Shown here one piece after another: positions 39,081 to 47,950 of a stretch of DNA of 64,000 nucleotides. The position numbers and the translations under genes are program-made. The stretch lies in the IMG/VR virus record IMGVR_UViG_3300033485_000006, positions 25,402 through 89,401 of that record; one strand, given 5' to 3'. How positions within the stretch are numbered: the first letter of the stretch is position 1; every line of letters begins with the position of its first letter. The notes beneath the pieces are model-generated. The model saw nothing but the letters and a program-made list of their open reading frames with translations. It searched no databases and was not told the origin of the DNA. Source of the stretch: a virus (Duplodnaviria > Heunggongvirae > Uroviricota > Caudoviricetes).

Positions 39081-41087
39081 TTACTTCCATTTAATCTCCT
39101 TTAGTTCTGTTTTAATCAAAGCATTCGCTATTTTTAGGTAGTCATCCCAATCATTATATCTGTAGTACACTGAATTCAGTGGTTTGAATACACTATGTAA
39201 TTCAATGAGTCGATTTGGTACTTTCAATTCTTTAACTTTTACTTTACATCCAAGTTTCTCAAGATGCTGTTTTAAGTGTCTATTATGATATGTCTTATTG
39301 GCTTGTGCACTAACGTCTTTAGCTAATTGAAAGTACTCCACGAGATATTTTGGGCATTTTGAATCTTTAATAACAGTCTCACTGATAGAGACCGTGTTAC
39401 ATGGCTCCATAACTTCTAGCTCTTTTATATTTAGACTATCGAGATAGGTGTAAATATCAATAGTATTTACTAAATGCTTTTTATGGGTCACTGGTATTAC
39501 TACAAAGTATAAATCATCCTTAGGTTTTACAATTCTTAGTACCTCTTTAACAACCTCCAATGGGTTCAAGGTAGAGGTCTCATTAGAGTACTTAACATCA
39601 GTTAACCCATTTAACTTAACAGGGATTCCAATAGTCTTGCTCTTATTTTTATCCGATACTTCCACTTGATTATGATATGTAGGATATACTGAACCATCCT
39701 TAGTGACTTTAAAACCAGTTGCACTATATCTTTCATGTGTTGCAACTACACCTTTAGGTAACTTCTGCTTTTTACCAAATAATTTCTCATGCTTCTCAGA
39801 GGCTAATGAGTAGGGAACACCAAGTTTATCCGCAAATTCCTTAAGATAAGCTAAAGTTTGTTCTTTATCACCAATATGACCATCATTTACTATAATAATA
39901 CTATTCTCAGTGAGTGCCACCTCACGAGCTTTTGGCATACTATCAGAAATAATAACACCATATTTATTTAGACTAGATGGTGTTATCTGTGTATTTCCAC
40001 TAAATCTATTTTGATATCCTTTAAGCATAAACTTTACATCATCACAACGTATATTCATGTTATATGATATATTATCACTTAAATGCTTACTACCAAGGAT
40101 GCTGCGGATACTATACGGTAATGCTGAAAGGCTGGTAGATAGTGTGCATAAATCATTTTCATACTTCTTAATAATAACATTAATTTGGGCTAGTAGTTCG
40201 ACCTCAATAGCTTTATCAATAGCTTTAAGTTTATTTAGAGTAGCCTCAGTATAACTTAAAGCCTCTCTAGAAGCCGCAAATTGTATACTACCTGTTGGTA
40301 CTTCAATCTCAAACCCAGAGTTCCTAATGGTGCGTAACTCATTAGCGATACTGCCATCAAGTGGGTATGCAACATTTGCCATAATTATTACACCATTTGT
40401 GCCACTTTCAGTTAACCTCCAAGCACAATGCTCATTATTTCCCTCGAATAATGGTACGGTATTTTGTATATTAAGCTCTTGATTTATCTCTGGTTTTACT
40501 TTGAAGTGTCGATATAATTTTTCAGCTGATGAGATGAATTTTTGTATATCGTTAATTTGTACTGGGACAGACACTGATACACCATTTGGTTCTTCTGTAG
40601 AAAAACTTCCAAGTTCTGCGATACTAGGGATGCCGTTATCAGCGAATACTGAGTAGACATTACTTGTACCTTCAAAGTACGATGTAACAGTAAAAGCAGA
40701 ACCAGCGGTATAGGCAAAAGGTGACTTCGAACCCACCCCTAGGGCCCCATTGAGAGCGTTACTATTTCGTTTACTGGAAGCACCCATAGTTCCGTAGAGT
40801 TCAAATACGGTATCATTACTCATACCAGTACCGTAGTCACGAATGGTTAGGAATGGTTCAAGTCGAGTTGGTAAATGAACATCAAATGGTTTATCTGGAT
40901 TACCGTTTACAATCTGGGCATCCAAGGCATTAGTTGATAGTTCTCTAAGTACAGCCATTGGTTTATCAGAATATAGTCGAGAAGACAACAATTCGAACAT
41001 CGTAGAGTTTGCCTCGATCTTTACTGTATGAACATTCTGAGCGTTAGTCTGTGCTTGACCATTTATATTTTCTAGAATCATTTCCAA
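39081..41087 (-). CDS. rIIA: rIIA-like protein (GHKL ATPase N-domain)
   Basis: The N-terminus (SSRLYSDKPMAVLRELSTNALDA ... IRDYGTGMS) parallels T4 rIIA (ANRLYSDPIGSIVRELTSNCVDA) and carries GHKL/HATPase motifs. 668 aa. Confidence 0.75.
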   Translation of the reverse strand: MEMILENINGQAQTNAQNVHTVKIEANSTMFELLSSRLYSDKPMAVLRELSTNALDAQIVNGNPDKPFDVHLPTRLEPFLTIRDYGTGMSNDTVFELYGTMGASSKRNSNALNGALGVGSKSPFAYTAGSAFTVTSYFEGTSNVYSVFADNGIPSIAELGSFSTEEPNGVSVSVPVQINDIQKFISSAEKLYRHFKVKPEINQELNIQNTVPLFEGNNEHCAWRLTESGTNGVIIMANVAYPLDGSIANELRTIRNSGFEIEVPTGSIQFAASREALSYTEATLNKLKAIDKAIEVELLAQINVIIKKYENDLCTLSTSLSALPYSIRSILGSKHLSDNISYNMNIRCDDVKFMLKGYQNRFSGNTQITPSSLNKYGVIISDSMPKAREVALTENSIIIVNDGHIGDKEQTLAYLKEFADKLGVPYSLASEKHEKLFGKKQKLPKGVVATHERYSATGFKVTKDGSVYPTYHNQVEVSDKNKSKTIGIPVKLNGLTDVKYSNETSTLNPLEVVKEVLRIVKPKDDLYFVVIPVTHKKHLVNTIDIYTYLDSLNIKELEVMEPCNTVSISETVIKDSKCPKYLVEYFQLAKDVSAQANKTYHNRHLKQHLEKLGCKVKVKELKVPNRLIELHSVFKPLNSVYYRYNDWDDYLKIANALIKTELKEIKWK

Positions 41088-41329
41088 ACCTTCTTAAAAT
41101 GGATTTCTTGCACTGTACTAAGGTTAATATTACGATAACCTTTATCAGATACAGAATAGACCGTTACAAAATCGTTTTGGTCAACATTATTAGCACCACC
41201 ATTAGTATGCTTCTTGACACCAAGGCGACAGTTAATGGTTCTTACTGTCGCATCCTTCTTCACAAAACGTACTGTGAAAAACTTACCTTTGGTATTCTCT
41301 ATGATACCTTTTGCTATACTTTTAGTCAT
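41078..41329 (-). CDS. hypothetical protein (83 aa)
   Basis: ORF only. Confidence 0.35.
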   Translation of the reverse strand: MTKSIAKGIIENTKGKFFTVRFVKKDATVRTINCRLGVKKHTNGGANNVDQNDFVTVYSVSDKGYRNINLSTVQEIHFKKVWK

Positions 41330-42092
41330 TTCTTATCTCCTTAAGTTTGTCTAATGGAAACTCCATAATTTTCTTGAAGTTTACTATTAGGTAAATATTA
41401 AACCATCCAGTAGTCATACTAGTGATTAACTGTTTCAGCGCTTTATACCTTGAGATTTTTATTGGGTAGTCAGAGTAACGCTCAAGTGCGATTACAAATA
41501 CTTCCTCAACTGCACACATTAATCTTTCATCTTCTGAGAGTTGATTAAATAAACTCTCAGAGCAATATGGCTTGCTTAAATCTTCCCTAATTAACTTATG
41601 CATTGGCTCAGAACTCAACTTCACCAATTCGTGTAGTTCGTCATGAGGGATACTCCGAGTAATACTCTGGGTAAAGAAGTCGGTTTCTGGAACATCCATG
41701 TGCACCTGTTTCTTTCCATGAACATTCTGGAAGTCATTAAAAATAAAATGGTAAAATACTCTATCTAACTTACAGTCTTTACTTAAAAGGAACTGTACGT
41801 CAGCCATGTGTTTATCCCATTTGATATCCCAAGATAGGTGTGCAATCTTTATCGTCAGCAACAAGTCTTTACCTAAGTATTCCTGCGGAGCAAGTGTACT
41901 TAGAGTTGGGCTATTGAAAACCTCATTAGAACCTTTGGGATACTTCAAGTAATCTAACTCCGTGTCTATCACATCTAAATCTTTTGGTTCTCTGAAATCT
42001 GGGAACCAGTGCTTAATTGCAGTAGACCCAAAGATTATTCTACTCATATACCGTAATAGTCTTTTCTTTTGGTTCAACGAATTTAGCTGCAT
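41322..42092 (-). CDS. hypothetical protein (256 aa)
   Basis: ORF only. Confidence 0.4.
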   Translation of the reverse strand: MQLNSLNQKKRLLRYMSRIIFGSTAIKHWFPDFREPKDLDVIDTELDYLKYPKGSNEVFNSPTLSTLAPQEYLGKDLLLTIKIAHLSWDIKWDKHMADVQFLLSKDCKLDRVFYHFIFNDFQNVHGKKQVHMDVPETDFFTQSITRSIPHDELHELVKLSSEPMHKLIREDLSKPYCSESLFNQLSEDERLMCAVEEVFVIALERYSDYPIKISRYKALKQLITSMTTGWFNIYLIVNFKKIMEFPLDKLKEIRND

Positions 42093-42378
42093 GCCATTCT
42101 GAGCTATCCCAAGAGCTGTAATACCCAGTAACTTTTACATACTTTACGTCATCATCCTTAGTAATTTTAAGGACAACTTCCATATGTTCACCACCTCCTT
42201 CATAGCCACCCTTAGAATCAACCTGCTCTACGTTATAGTTTTTTAAAGAGTGCTCTAATTGCTCTTCCCACATCATATAGTTAAGACCATCCCATACCTT
42301 ACCTTCAGTCTCTATGACTAACTTTAAAAATTCTTCAACTTTCATTATTTTTCCTTTAGTTAGCTCAGTAAGAGCCAT
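42040..42378 (-). CDS. hypothetical protein (112 aa)
   Basis: ORF only. Confidence 0.35.
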   Translation of the reverse strand: MALTELTKGKIMKVEEFLKLVIETEGKVWDGLNYMMWEEQLEHSLKNYNVEQVDSKGGYEGGGEHMEVVLKITKDDDVKYVKVTGYYSSWDSSEWHAAKFVEPKEKTITVYE

Positions 42379-42589
42379 TTAATTTATACTCAAAGTTTAA
42401 ACTCTGGGTAATATCCGTATAATCTAGTACAAGTGCGCACATATCATCAAATCTTCTTATAATAACCTGATGGTGAGTGTCAAAAGTACTTTTATACACC
42501 TTGAATTCATGATTAGAGTAGACCTTAGTCATTGAAGGAGTCATAAACACCTGCTTTGACTTTGGGTCAACTAATAGTAGTGTTTTCAT
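42365..42589 (-). CDS. hypothetical protein (74 aa)
   Basis: ORF only. Confidence 0.3.
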   Translation of the reverse strand: MKTLLLVDPKSKQVFMTPSMTKVYSNHEFKVYKSTFDTHHQVIIRRFDDMCALVLDYTDITQSLNFEYKLNGSY

Positions 42590-42825
42590 TATTCTAAGCC
42601 TTTACAAGAATGAATGCATTGAGTAACTGTAGACGCTAAAGATTCAATCTGCTCAATTACATCTTCAATCGGCCAATACTCAAATGGTTGCCATACTGAA
42701 TACTCTTCAAGGTATTCAATTAATTCAGCTTCATCTAGCTCCTCCCACATAGTAGCATCCACACTATCTGACATATACTCATTAATAGCTAGCTGTAGCG
42801 CTTTTAACCTAATAGTATCACTCAT
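42589..42825 (-). CDS. acidic hypothetical protein (78 aa)
   Basis: ORF only. Confidence 0.3.
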   Translation of the reverse strand: MSDTIRLKALQLAINEYMSDSVDATMWEELDEAELIEYLEEYSVWQPFEYWPIEDVIEQIESLASTVTQCIHSCKGLE

Positions 42826-43325
42826 GATATACCCCTTGCCATGTTAATTGTCTCTTTTAGTCGCTTAAGCGTGTCACTTTCAGTTTTATCTGGTCTTAAA
42901 CCAAGGAATCTGGGATGGCTTAAAGCCCATGTGGTAGAACCACTAGCTAGGCTAAGGTCATTAAACTCAATATCGCAGTAAGTTCCTATGAGTTCCTCAC
43001 GCCTGCCATTAAAATCTTGTAGCTCATCGTCTGTGAACCCCGATGTCTGGCCTTTGACTAGACCATCGTCAGTCTCAAACATCATAGCACCAAAGGTTTG
43101 CTCTCGTGAAGTACCAACTGTACCTTCAGTAAAACCAGTAATCTTGAATGTTCCCTCAATTTGTAACTTAATCTTCAACTGTTGGTTACTAGTACAGTTA
43201 CGGAATCCAAGGGTTTTATCCTTTAATACTGAGCCTTCTAAGCCTTTCTCTAGAAAGCCCATAGTTACCTTAAGCGCCTCAGCCTCAGAGTTAACCTCAT
43301 GGGTTTCTACTATATTTATTATCAT
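42822..43325 (-). CDS. DNA ligase, C-terminal fragment (OB domain; T4 gp30-like) of a split gene
   Basis: LEKGLEGSVLKD (motif IV/V region, EGxxxK) and ALSHPRFLGLRPDK (motif VI). The N-terminus MIINIVETHEV parallels T4 ligase VILIENQVV. It has its own start with AAGGAG 6 nt upstream. Confidence 0.7.
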   Translation of the reverse strand: MIINIVETHEVNSEAEALKVTMGFLEKGLEGSVLKDKTLGFRNCTSNQQLKIKLQIEGTFKITGFTEGTVGTSREQTFGAMMFETDDGLVKGQTSGFTDDELQDFNGRREELIGTYCDIEFNDLSLASGSTTWALSHPRFLGLRPDKTESDTLKRLKETINMARGIS

Positions 43326-43374
43326 TTAAGCTCCTTTTAAGTTAATTTTAGTTATAATAGTGTAAAGGGGAATT

Positions 43375-44166
43375 ATGTTTTTAGAAAAGATACAATCAGC
43401 AAACGTAATAAAATCAGAATTTTACATTAAAAGATATATAAAATTTATTAATGCTTTTGGTGGGGTTAGATATGGTAATAACACAGAATACCATCATATA
43501 CTACCAAAAGCATACTTCAAGCAATATGAGTACAGCTCTTGGAACATAATTGAGTTAGACGTAAGAGTGCATTACGTAGCACATATGTTACTTGCTAAAG
43601 CTGTTGGTGGTAAGATGATACAAGCTTTTCAACTAATGGGCAGATTTAAAAAACATACATCTACAATGTTTGCTATGTTTAAGAAGTACGCTAAGCCTTT
43701 ATCACCAGAAGTAAATGCACAAATATCTAAATCAGTTACAAAACTATGGGAAGACCCTGAATACAGAAAAAGACAATCAGAAGCTCATAAAGGGTACGTA
43801 CAATCACAAGAAGCTAGGGATAAAGTATCTAAAGCTAATAGAGGGAAGAAAAAGCCAGAAGGTTTTAGGGTTGGTGCTAGAGCATCGGAAGAAACCAGAG
43901 AAAAATTATCAAAGGCTAAAATGGGTATTAGGCCTGGTACAAAAGTACCATTAACTCTGTATAACGCTGATGGGGTACCAGTACTTACAATTATCGGGGC
44001 AGTAGAATCTACATTACGTGAGCTAGGATTACCAAGTAGTCTGCTATCTGCGTATAGAAATGGGGGTAAAGTATATGATAACCTAAGGGGCTGTGATATA
44101 TCTAAACTAATGAATCTTGGACTGTACCAGAAGTACGCTGATTGGTATCTACAAAAAGCGATTTAA
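43375..44166 (+). CDS. HNH homing endonuclease with NUMOD3 repeats
   Basis: HNH motif (EYHHILPKAY...NIIELDVRVHYVAH). The C-terminal repeats (KRQSEAHKG, RDKVSKANRGKK, TREKLSKAKMG) match NUMOD3. It lies on the opposite strand to all neighbours, between the two ligase fragments. Confidence 0.75.
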   Translation: MFLEKIQSANVIKSEFYIKRYIKFINAFGGVRYGNNTEYHHILPKAYFKQYEYSSWNIIELDVRVHYVAHMLLAKAVGGKMIQAFQLMGRFKKHTSTMFAMFKKYAKPLSPEVNAQISKSVTKLWEDPEYRKRQSEAHKGYVQSQEARDKVSKANRGKKKPEGFRVGARASEETREKLSKAKMGIRPGTKVPLTLYNADGVPVLTIIGAVESTLRELGLPSSLLSAYRNGGKVYDNLRGCDISKLMNLGLYQKYADWYLQKAI

Positions 44167-44977
44167 GAGTGTTTAACCTATCAGCGTACGGAATAGTGCA
44201 GTTACAATTAGTGTAGTCTGATAATGGTATTATGTCCCATAATGTATAGACTATTTTATCTTCATCTAAGTGTATAAATGATAAGTCTGTATTAACAGAG
44301 TACACTGATTTAATTGAATTAAACACACCATTAGATTCAGACCTATTTAGTGTAGGAATAGTCACTTCTCCTTGGATTACTGTGTCAACCAATTCAGGAA
44401 TATCTTGTAGATATTGTAAAGACCTGAGAATGATTTCCTCACCACTTCTTGTATGCGAAGTTACACCATCACAAGTTATAATCGTAAATAATCCTAACCC
44501 ATCCATTTTTAATTGTATATATGCAGGATACTTAATATGTCTCCGAGTTTTGTCTGAAAGTAAATTACAGCGTTGATAAGGAGGCTTCACAATACTTCCT
44601 GGCCATACTTTAAGTGTCTGAGTACGACCTAGCCCGCACTTAAGGTCTCTATCAATAACTCTTCTAATAACTAGAAAGTCCTCTTGGCTTAACTGCGTTA
44701 ACTGCATAGCTAATCGTTGTGTAGCATTATTACCAGTAGCATTTCTAGTAGCTAACTCTAATTCTAAGAAATCTAATACATCAGATAATGTAATACTTGG
44801 ATTTACTGCTGGCGGTACATTAGGAAACTTTCGAATACCATAACTAAACTTAACCTTATCCAAGGTCATTACAAAGACTCTTTTAAGTAGCTCATTGCCA
44901 CTATTAGCTTTCAATAAAGCAATCTTTGTGTTTGTACCTTGGGCATTACTAATTTTATCAAGGATTTCATATATCAT
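44102..44977 (-). CDS. DNA ligase, N-terminal fragment (adenylation domain; T4 gp30-like) of a split gene
   Basis: The N-terminus MIYEILDKISNAQGTNTKIALLKANSGNELLKRVF parallels T4 ligase MILKILNEIASIGSTKQKQAILEKNKDNELLKRVY. Motif I is PAYIQLKMDGLG (T4 PAFAQLKADGAR) and motif III is TVIQGEVTI. The last approximately 20 codons overlap the HEG 3' end. Confidence 0.75.
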   Translation of the reverse strand: MIYEILDKISNAQGTNTKIALLKANSGNELLKRVFVMTLDKVKFSYGIRKFPNVPPAVNPSITLSDVLDFLELELATRNATGNNATQRLAMQLTQLSQEDFLVIRRVIDRDLKCGLGRTQTLKVWPGSIVKPPYQRCNLLSDKTRRHIKYPAYIQLKMDGLGLFTIITCDGVTSHTRSGEEIILRSLQYLQDIPELVDTVIQGEVTIPTLNRSESNGVFNSIKSVYSVNTDLSFIHLDEDKIVYTLWDIIPLSDYTNCNCTIPYADRLNTLKSLFVDTNQRTSGTVQDSLV

Positions 44978-45321
44978 TTACACAACTCCTCGTACATATA
45001 TTTGTATTCTTTAAGTTCACCTAGTTCCTTTAACAACTCTGAATTATGCTTACGCAACATCTTATTAGTGTCAACGTAAGGTGACTTAAAGCTTGTCCAA
45101 TCATCCAGTAGATTCTGAAAAATATCATCTGCAGAATACTCAAGGCCATAGTCTCTAAGTTCTCCTACTAATTTATCGTATAAAACTTGGAGTGGCTCAG
45201 CATCAAAAGCTTCTGAGATATCCTCTAGTACTTCCTCAGCGTTACGATTGGCGTACCTACGGTCATCCTGTGCGTCCATCTTATACTCTAACTCACGGTC
45301 TAATCTTTCCTCTTCAGTCAT
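44974..45321 (-). CDS. acidic hypothetical protein (115 aa)
   Basis: ORF only. Confidence 0.35.
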   Translation of the reverse strand: MTEEERLDRELEYKMDAQDDRRYANRNAEEVLEDISEAFDAEPLQVLYDKLVGELRDYGLEYSADDIFQNLLDDWTSFKSPYVDTNKMLRKHNSELLKELGELKEYKYMYEELCK

Positions 45322-45548
45322 TCTTGTGCCTCACATTTAACAGGTTCTTCCCATTTGTTACGTTCCATTGTATCTATCCAGTTACCTTTCTGTAATTCCC
45401 AATGGTGCATAAGGAACCCAGTTTCATGGCAGTAATATCTGTCGTGGTCTGGTTGTAGTTCGGTTTTAATAGTATGTTTTGGATCTGATGTAAGTACAAC
45501 TGTTGTTATGATTATAGAAAGTATCCCACCTACTAGGTAATATTTCAT
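45318..45548 (-). CDS. small membrane-anchored protein (76 aa)
   Basis: N-terminal TM helix. Confidence 0.35.
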   Translation of the reverse strand: MKYYLVGGILSIIITTVVLTSDPKHTIKTELQPDHDRYYCHETGFLMHHWELQKGNWIDTMERNKWEEPVKCEAQE

Positions 45549-45597
45549 TATTTGGCCCCTATATACCCAAGGTGTAGTTTAAATATAGTATTATTAT

Positions 45598-46023
45598 TCA
45601 TCGTCTAATCCTTTTAGTTTCTTCAAATTTAATCCATCCATCAGTAGTATATTTCTCATCTTCTGTAAAATATTGCTTAACTTCCCATGTATGAGTTGAA
45701 TCAATATGTCCATTAACGAATTTATACCACTGCCATTCATATATTGGCTCTGATGGTTTGATACGGTATTCATACTTAAAAACTTTAGTTACTGTTGGCA
45801 TATTTGAATGTTGGTTATATCCCATTAGTTTTTGATTTACTTCCATTTCAGTACCTTCAATCCACTTATGCAATACATCAGCATAAGGATGGCGATTAGC
45901 TCCTTTAGGAATACAGATGTTTGAGTCGAAGAACTCATCTAGGCATTTTTTAACATCAGATGCATTAATACCATATTCTGTTTCACAGTCTTCAAGATGT
46001 GAATACAAATCTTCTTTATTCAT
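45598..46023 (-). CDS. hypothetical protein (141 aa); intact copy of a duplicated gene
   Basis: ORF only. A decayed paralog lies at 49730-50080. Confidence 0.45.
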   Translation of the reverse strand: MNKEDLYSHLEDCETEYGINASDVKKCLDEFFDSNICIPKGANRHPYADVLHKWIEGTEMEVNQKLMGYNQHSNMPTVTKVFKYEYRIKPSEPIYEWQWYKFVNGHIDSTHTWEVKQYFTEDEKYTTDGWIKFEETKRIRR

Positions 46024-46304
46024 TTAATACTCCTATATGCTGTTTCTTATATGTTGTACACGTAATGCGTATTGATACCCTAACGGGCACCAGGATTTGT
46101 AGCGTTTAAAAGCTAAAGTGTATGTTTTATACACTGTGAGATGATTACGCAGTCTCTTGGCTGACTCATATATATTGCCTTGATCTGTAAATACATTGTA
46201 GGTAATAGATGAGCCATCTGTTATGTTTATGCCACCTAAGCCTATCCAGTTTGAGTTAGAATGTTGCCTATGAATAAAGCCACTCTCAGAGGCTAGGAGA
46301 GCAG

Positions 46305-46802
46305 CTAAAGCTTTGGGTCAAGATTATATACCTCTGCCGCACGAATGACAGTTATAGCCTGAGCATGTGATGCTCCTAATGATTTAATTGCTCTTATAGT
46401 AGAGCGATAATACTGAAGATGTTTAGTTAACTCAGAAATCTCGTGGTTTGCTTGAGATACTTCTTGGAATAAGCAGGCATTCTCATTAAGCAGTGGGTCA
46501 ACATTTGGTACCTCTGCTTTAAACATAAAAAGGATTGAAAGACCCATAAGAAAACCAATGATTAATAATCCAATATTATGTAGGTCATTACTACTATCGC
46601 AACACTTAAGTGCAGTAGGTTTGGACTTGCGAGATATACGCCACATATCTGGAGAGCTAAAAGCAAACTCCCTACCTTTCCTTTTCTTACCCATATTAAT
46701 GGTACGTTGTACCCCATGCTCAAGCCATACAAGACCACCTGTGATATTCTCTAACATCTTACCATTTTTAAGTGCGGTTAGGCACTCTTCAGTTGTTCTC
46801 AT
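46305..46802 (-). CDS. hypothetical membrane protein (165 aa)
   Basis: Central TM helix (IGLLIIGFLMGLSILFMF). Confidence 0.4.
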   Translation of the reverse strand: MRTTEECLTALKNGKMLENITGGLVWLEHGVQRTINMGKKRKGREFAFSSPDMWRISRKSKPTALKCCDSSNDLHNIGLLIIGFLMGLSILFMFKAEVPNVDPLLNENACLFQEVSQANHEISELTKHLQYYRSTIRAIKSLGASHAQAITVIRAAEVYNLDPKL

Positions 46803-46811
46803 ATTTTCTCC

Positions 46812-47033
46812 TTAGACTACATCATAATCAATCAGAAATTGCATTGACTTACAATGTATTTTGTCAGTATTCAAATCGTATAGCATATCTGAAATAAGTT
46901 CATACTTCATGTAATCACTTACAACATATTTAGGTATAGCCCTGCAGTATTTATGTGATGCTATAAACATAGGGTTAGTAGTGGTGTTCCAATTACCCGT
47001 GGAATCTTTGTAAATATAATAATATTTTTCCAT
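46812..47033 (-). CDS. hypothetical protein (73 aa)
   Basis: ORF only. Confidence 0.3.
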   Translation of the reverse strand: MEKYYYIYKDSTGNWNTTTNPMFIASHKYCRAIPKYVVSDYMKYELISDMLYDLNTDKIHCKSMQFLIDYDVV

Positions 47034-47950
47034 TAGTAAGCCAATTCATCTAATGCTAGACATTCTTTACAAATCATACCCCAACCAGCATCGTATAATG
47101 GCTTGTGTTTCATACACCCATCACAAAGTACAGCTTCTGGAATTGTCTCATCAACCCATGAAGTATACTTTGGGTAACCTTTAGTCTCCGCTAAGAATTT
47201 ACGTTGCCATAAATCATCTGGGATAACTGATGATAGAAACTCACGAGTTCGTTCCATATCTTTTACTACTAGGTGCTCATTCTTAGTATGTTCATTGTAA
47301 TAACCAATAGATAAGTTACAACATGCCAAATCTGAATATTGTGAAAATGTCATAATATCAGTGAATGACCCAAAAGCATACTTATAGTTACCATACTCTT
47401 CCATGAGTCCAAATAGTTCCTCATTATCATAACCATAACTAGCACAGTCATCATACCCTTTACGGTCGAGACCAATAAAACAAGTTAAGAATGGTAGTAA
47501 CTCTTGGAATATATCAGACTTTGCGAAAGCATCGCCACCAATACCACCAACCTCTTCCTTATCAGTTAATAGATATACATAGTTATACCCAGTAGATATT
47601 AGTTTATGCATAATATATACGCCTGCTCTACAGTCAGCTCCAATCCCTTTACTGGTGTCCATATTAGTAATCATACCATTAATATCATTTAGTAATATTG
47701 GTTTGATCGAGTGAACAGTATCAGTATGCGCATTCAACAATGGTGCGAGTTCAATATACTTTGGGACATATAGTGACCATAGTTCATTGTGAACAACATT
47801 AAACTCTTCTAGATCTACCCCAGACTCAAATAAAGAAATAACATCAAGATGCGTTTTAGCCTTTAGGAAATCATGTACAGTCTTCATCTTCTTCAACCTC
47901 ATTTTCATACCATAATCCATCATGGCTATATAATCCAGCGTTATCCTCAA
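47033..47950 (-). CDS. M20/M28/M42-family metallopeptidase-like protein with C-terminal zinc ribbon
   Basis: Ordered metal-ligand motifs HTDTVH (HxD), GADCRAG (D), DKEEVGG (EE) and NEHTKNEH, plus a C-terminal CDGC...CKEC. The true start is probably an internal Met. Confidence 0.45.
   Translation of the reverse strand: MRITLDYIAMMDYGMKMRLKKMKTVHDFLKAKTHLDVISLFESGVDLEEFNVVHNELWSLYVPKYIELAPLLNAHTDTVHSIKPILLNDINGMITNMDTSKGIGADCRAGVYIMHKLISTGYNYVYLLTDKEEVGGIGGDAFAKSDIFQELLPFLTCFIGLDRKGYDDCASYGYDNEELFGLMEEYGNYKYAFGSFTDIMTFSQYSDLACCNLSIGYYNEHTKNEHLVVKDMERTREFLSSVIPDDLWQRKFLAETKGYPKYTSWVDETIPEAVLCDGCMKHKPLYDAGWGMICKECLALDELAY

Noticed and set aside
43326-44101. A group I intron with an intron-encoded HNH endonuclease interrupting the ligase gene.
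   Set aside because: The HNH ORF is on the opposite strand and fills almost the entire gap, leaving no room for a ribozyme core. Both ligase halves have their own stop or start signals. A split gene is the simpler reading.
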